A stretch of 64,000 nucleotides of DNA from positions 128,001 to 192,000 of the forward strand of contig JAKSOL010000001.1 in the NCBI GenBank assembly GCA_024405635.1, written 5' to 3'. Shown here in pieces: positions 60,116 to 64,000 of the stretch. The number at the start of each line of letters is the position of its first letter. The stretch's first letter is position 1. This DNA is from Salinivirgaceae bacterium (GTDB lineage: Bacteria > Bacteroidota > Bacteroidia > Bacteroidales > SZUA-534). The position numbers were made by a program, and so were the translations under genes. The notes beneath the pieces were generated by a model. That model saw only the letters and a program-made list of their open reading frames with translations, did no database searches and was not told the DNA's origin.

Positions 60116-60580
60116 TTATTGGTTGTCGCTTGGTTGTTCGGCATCAAAGTTGTGCAAAATGCCAAAAATGTCAAGTATAGGCGATTCTTGTACTGAAGGT
60201 ATTTCAAAGTCGCTTATGGTGCCTTCAAAAGCTTTTTCAAGGTTTTCGTAAGCCTCTTTTACGTTGCTAGCTTGTACAAGCATGGTTGAGGCAGAACGGC
60301 GTTCAACGCCTTTTTCCTCGTCGAGCGAAACAAACACAGCTTTGCATTTGAACCAACGGTCGCCGCTCTCGTTAGGAATTATTTCGGCGTAACGCGCAGT
60401 TTTGATGCTCACTACACTAAACTCACCAAGCGAAGCATAACTCTCCAATTCTTTGGTAATGTTGGCTTCGGCTTCGGTGAACGACAGTGCATCTACCAAG
60501 TATTGTTCTGATGTTGTTTTTTGTGTGCCATCGGCGTTCACTTTCAAGTATTTAACCTTGCATTCGTACCATTTGCTCAT
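60116..60580 (-). CDS. DUF4494 family protein
   Basis: WYECKVKY, YLVDALSFTEAE, WFKCK and LVQA. Confidence 0.88.
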   Translation of the reverse strand: MSKWYECKVKYLKVNADGTQKTTSEQYLVDALSFTEAEANITKELESYASLGEFSVVSIKTARYAEIIPNESGDRWFKCKAVFVSLDEEKGVERRSASTMLVQASNVKEAYENLEKAFEGTISDFEIPSVQESPILDIFGILHNFDAEQPSDNQ

Positions 60581-60731
60581 AATAAGTATGTGTTTAAAAT
60601 TTAATGCTACTAAGATACGCTGATTATTAAATTGTGTCGAAAAATGGCTTGCATTGGCTGTGAATAGTTTTCAACATTGTGAAGTAGGAGAGGGCTACTT
60701 TGCAGTAAATCGTAATTTAATAGCTAAAAAT

Positions 60732-60750
60732 AGCGTGACAAAGCGTGACA
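60732..60750. promoter_or_regulatory. Tandem direct repeat AGCGTGACA x2 (10-bp period), candidate operator
   Basis: Lies about 60 bp upstream of the TACTTTTG -7 box (60810-60817) of the next gene. Confidence 0.45.
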
Positions 60751-60843
60751 TTTTACCTAAAAAACAGAATGTTCACATTATATCCTTGTCTTTATTATTC
60801 TTACAAACGTACTTTTGCATCGTCACCAAAAAAACGTTGAGTT

Positions 60844-61704
60844 ATGAAAAACAAAACTGTACTTATAACAAATGTTGCTACAGGCTTATGTCTTGCTGCT
60901 ACGCTTATTTTAATCATTTGGAAATATCCAACACTTCCTACATCTATTCCAACTCATTTTAGTTTAGATGGAGTGCCAAACGGATTCAGTAGCCGTAACA
61001 TTGTTTTTGTGTTTTGGGGAGTCAGCATGTTTTTCTATTTGTTGATGCTTTTTGTACAAAAAAAGCCCAAACTGATAAATTTAAGTCATCCTACCGACAA
61101 AAATGGCAACCCTTTAATGCTAACCGAAAGCCAAAGACAACGTTTTGTGCTTTTGAACATTGTAGTTGTTACATTGGCCATTAGCATTTCAGTTATTTTG
61201 CTTTGCTACCTAACACTTGCATTTAGCCAAATATACACTGCCAAACCGATTATTGCAGGACTATTGGTATTTGCTGACGTTTGTGTAATTATTGTTGGAT
61301 GCTATAAAACCGCAAAATTCAAATGCGGCGAGGACGACTACATTAAACAAAAACTTGAATTGAGCCATTCGTTGTTTCTTGAGAAAGTTGACAACGAAAT
61401 ACTTGAGCAACTACGCGTATTAAATGGTTTGGAGTACTTATCGGAGAGCAAGCGATTGCGCATTATAAACGATGTGAGAAGCACGCACAGCGAAGTGGTA
61501 GATTACCTACGAAAAGCAGCCCCGTCAATAAGCGACGACGACATTACATATTGCCTATTGTGCAATGTTGGACTAAACAATAATAGCATATCGGCATGCA
61601 TGGCATCTTCGGAAGAAGCGCTCAGAAAACGCAAGAGCCGCATACGGAAAAAGCTACCAGAATCGTTGGCAATGTGCCTATTTGACGATTGTAAAGGCAT
61701 ATAA
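60844..61704 (+). CDS. DUF1648 (SdpI-like) membrane domain fused to a C-terminal LuxR-like HTH
   Basis: LPTSIPTHFSLDGVPNG plus 4 TM helices; C-terminal ISDDDITYCLLC...NNSISACMASSEEALRKRKSRIRKKL. Confidence 0.7.
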   Translation: MKNKTVLITNVATGLCLAATLILIIWKYPTLPTSIPTHFSLDGVPNGFSSRNIVFVFWGVSMFFYLLMLFVQKKPKLINLSHPTDKNGNPLMLTESQRQRFVLLNIVVVTLAISISVILLCYLTLAFSQIYTAKPIIAGLLVFADVCVIIVGCYKTAKFKCGEDDYIKQKLELSHSLFLEKVDNEILEQLRVLNGLEYLSESKRLRIINDVRSTHSEVVDYLRKAAPSISDDDITYCLLCNVGLNNNSISACMASSEEALRKRKSRIRKKLPESLAMCLFDDCKGI

Positions 61705-61761
61705 AAAAGGCGGGGAGGAGGCCTTTTGTTTCGAACTTAAGAGAGTGGTTATGTTGTTAAT

Positions 61762-62823
61762 TTAAATATTGTTGTTGACAATAGATTCAATAAGCTCGTC
61801 CCACTGCGAGAAAATGGTGTTGCGGTCAAATCGGTGGCTTTCTTTTACTGCTCCTGACGAAAGTTTCTCCCTTAATTCGTAGTCATTTATCAGTAAGTTC
61901 ATTTTTTCAGAAAGGTCAGCCACATTGCCATCTTCAACAAGAATACCGCTAACACCATCGGTTATAATCTCTTTTGGGCCTGTGTAGCAGTTAAAGGCAA
62001 TGCATGCGCATCCTTGACTCATAGCTTCAAGTAAACTATTTGGGAACCCTTCGTATCTCGACGAAAGTACATAGATGCTTTTCTGTTTAAGAACAGATGC
62101 AACATCAGTGGATGAACCAAGAAATTCAACACGTTTAGCAATGCCGAGTTTTTCAATTTGACTTTTGATAGGCGATTTGCAAATTCGTCCTAAAATTTCA
62201 AGTTTCCAATCGGGATGATGGCTTTCTATTTTTGCCCAAGCATTTATTAAAAGATCAAACCCTTTTTGGTGCCATTTATGTTGTGACCCTATTGCAATAA
62301 TAGTTTTGCTCCTTTGTTTATAATCGTTAAATGAATCAAAGTTTTTGGGGTTATATATATATGTCTTGTTTTTGATTTTTGATTTACTGCATTCTTCTTG
62401 CGATACATAAACAACCTTGTCGGCAAATGGGTACAGCAATTTTCTGCAAATCACCTTCTTAAACGTTTTGTTGTGTTGTGTTGAATTGCGTTCAGATACT
62501 ATAATTTTCTTTCTTGTTAAAAGGTTGGTAATGATGGTGTCGCCATTCATTTCTACAAGGAACGACAATATTATGTCAGGATTTACCTCTTTTATTGTCC
62601 TATATATGTTCCTGTATTTTAGTATTCTATGCGCGCCTTTTATTTTACATTTTACAATGTTATCTATAACCTTTACTCTTGAGTCAATGGGGTAGGATTC
62701 GTCTTTTTGCGTCAATATAGCAACGTATGTATCATGCTTTTCGCAGAAATGGTTAAGAAGAATTGATGCAACACGTTCTGCTCCTCCGCCACCTAGACTA
62801 TGTATGAAAAATAGAATCTTCAT
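61762..62823 (-). CDS. GT4 family glycosyltransferase
   Basis: GGGGAERV, QKGFDLLI and SSRYEGFPNSLLEAM (EX7E). Confidence 0.92.
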   Translation of the reverse strand: MKILFFIHSLGGGGAERVASILLNHFCEKHDTYVAILTQKDESYPIDSRVKVIDNIVKCKIKGAHRILKYRNIYRTIKEVNPDIILSFLVEMNGDTIITNLLTRKKIIVSERNSTQHNKTFKKVICRKLLYPFADKVVYVSQEECSKSKIKNKTYIYNPKNFDSFNDYKQRSKTIIAIGSQHKWHQKGFDLLINAWAKIESHHPDWKLEILGRICKSPIKSQIEKLGIAKRVEFLGSSTDVASVLKQKSIYVLSSRYEGFPNSLLEAMSQGCACIAFNCYTGPKEIITDGVSGILVEDGNVADLSEKMNLLINDYELREKLSSGAVKESHRFDRNTIFSQWDELIESIVNNNI

Positions 62824-63080
62824 TTCCTACGTTTCTTTTTCCGCAAAACAAACAATAAATCTAATGTTCACGCAAAAAAAACTGCACATGTGTCCGTTTG
62901 TGGGCAATGGTTATTTATGCTTTGTTGTAAATTTCTCATAAACACACTTGTTTCTTGAAAATATGCTTTTATCAAAAAAAAGCAGATTTCTATTTGTTAT
63001 AGATTTATATTCACATTATGAAATGTGAGCAATTATTTTCGCATAAAACAAAGTAGAAGAAACAATAAAAATACAACATT

Positions 63081-64000
63081 ATGAAGAGACTATCATTTTT
63101 AGCAATCGCATGCTTTTTTGCAGTTTCATCTGCATTTGCAGCGTGGGACGGGTCAACTCAAACTGCATGGACAGTCGGTTCAGGTACAGAGGAAGATCCA
63201 TATCTGATTGAATCAGAAGAAAACCTAGCATCACTTGCAGCACAAGTAAATGCAGGACAAAGCTTCAGTGGCAAATACTTTAAACAAACAGCAGACCTTG
63301 ATTTGGGATGCGTTTTTGACGAAGCCGGAATAGTGGATACAGAAGCAAGTGAAAATTTTAGTTGGACTCCAATTGGAAACAAATCTGCATGTTTCTCTGG
63401 TATTTATGATGGCAATGGCTTTGTAATAAGCAACTTGTATTATAACAATATTGAGCAAGAGTATTGCGGATTGTTTGGAGGCATTAATAATGCTAAACTG
63501 AAGAATATAACATTGGTATCTGGTTTTGTGTTTGGATATCAATATGCAGGTGGTATTTGTGGTTATGCTAAAGGTTCGTCACTTGTAGATTGTTGCGCAA
63601 ACAATGCAACAGTTTACGGAAAAATGGAACGTAATGGTGGTGTTGTTGGATATATTGAAGGTACAACTCAAGTAAACAATTGCATTAACTATGGTTTTGT
63701 ATCAGCTTTTAACTTTTCAGGCGGTGTTGTTGGCTTCTGCAACAAAGCAACAACAACCGTAGCAAACTGTGTTAATGTTGGCCAAGTGTTTAGCATGCGA
63801 TGCACAGCTGGTAGCTTATATGGATATAACAAAGATTTTGGAGGCTCAGCAAGTAACAACTACTACGACAAACAAGTAAATCATTCAGAAGGTTGGACTT
63901 CGGTAACAAACATTATTGAGAAAAATGTTGATGTTGTTGGAAAAGTCGAGGGCAAATCAACAGCAGAAATGCTTGGCGATGGTTTGAAAGACGCTCTTGG
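63081..64000 (+). CDS. Secreted GLUG-motif/ZmpB-like surface protein (3' end runs off the window)
   Basis: Manual translation MKRLSFLAIACFFAVSSAFA-AWDGS...GSGTEEDPYLI...YFKQTADLDLG...WTPIG...FSGIYDGNG...GLFG...YAGGICG, open to the window end. Confidence 0.85.
   Translation, partial: MKRLSFLAIACFFAVSSAFAAWDGSTQTAWTVGSGTEEDPYLIESEENLASLAAQVNAGQSFSGKYFKQTADLDLGCVFDEAGIVDTEASENFSWTPIGNKSACFSGIYDGNGFVISNLYYNNIEQEYCGLFGGINNAKLKNITLVSGFVFGYQYAGGICGYAKGSSLVDCCANNATVYGKMERNGGVVGYIEGTTQVNNCINYGFVSAFNFSGGVVGFCNKATTTVANCVNVGQVFSMRCTAGSLYGYNKDFGGSASNNYYDKQVNHSEGWTSVTNIIEKNVDVVGKVEGKSTAEMLGDGLKDAL

Noticed and set aside
63011-63028. TCACATT-ATGA-AATGTGA palindrome upstream of the GLUG protein
   Set aside because: A single AT-rich instance with half-sites inverted relative to a CRP/FNR box; no regulator can be assigned.

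Overview
A 64-kb Bacteroidales-type chromosomal segment, judged from the TAnnTTTG -7 promoter boxes and the gene set. Most of it is housekeeping: clpB (partial), GH2, acyl-CoA ligase, thiC, tRNA-Arg(ACG), dapA, secA, pfp, rsmG, prfB with its +1 programmed frameshift, ppdK, nrdDG and folC, plus several uncharacterised envelope proteins. The standout locus is 8.4-17.3 kb, just downstream of the tRNA. Two paralogous secreted proteins there share a promoter and 5' half that I read as identical over about 930 bp, including four SKAAKSAFAVRGRSGAK repeats. They carry different strings of FN3-like spacers and 'DLGLPSGTLWATTN...RPV' tip domains, and they bracket a solitary thiC with no recognisable riboswitch. 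One tip domain ends in a 60%-GC segment rich in NNC codons that looks like a diversity-generating-retroelement (DGR) variable region, although no reverse transcriptase or template repeat is present in the window. Other observations: a sigma54-type promoter with upstream palindromes at clpB, a GTAG-type REP cluster, a candidate orphan sRNA before prfB, an ABCG-type exporter operon with a TerB/FHA-like extension, and a DUF1648-HTH fusion preceded by a direct repeat. All calls come from reading the sequence; no database searches were run.
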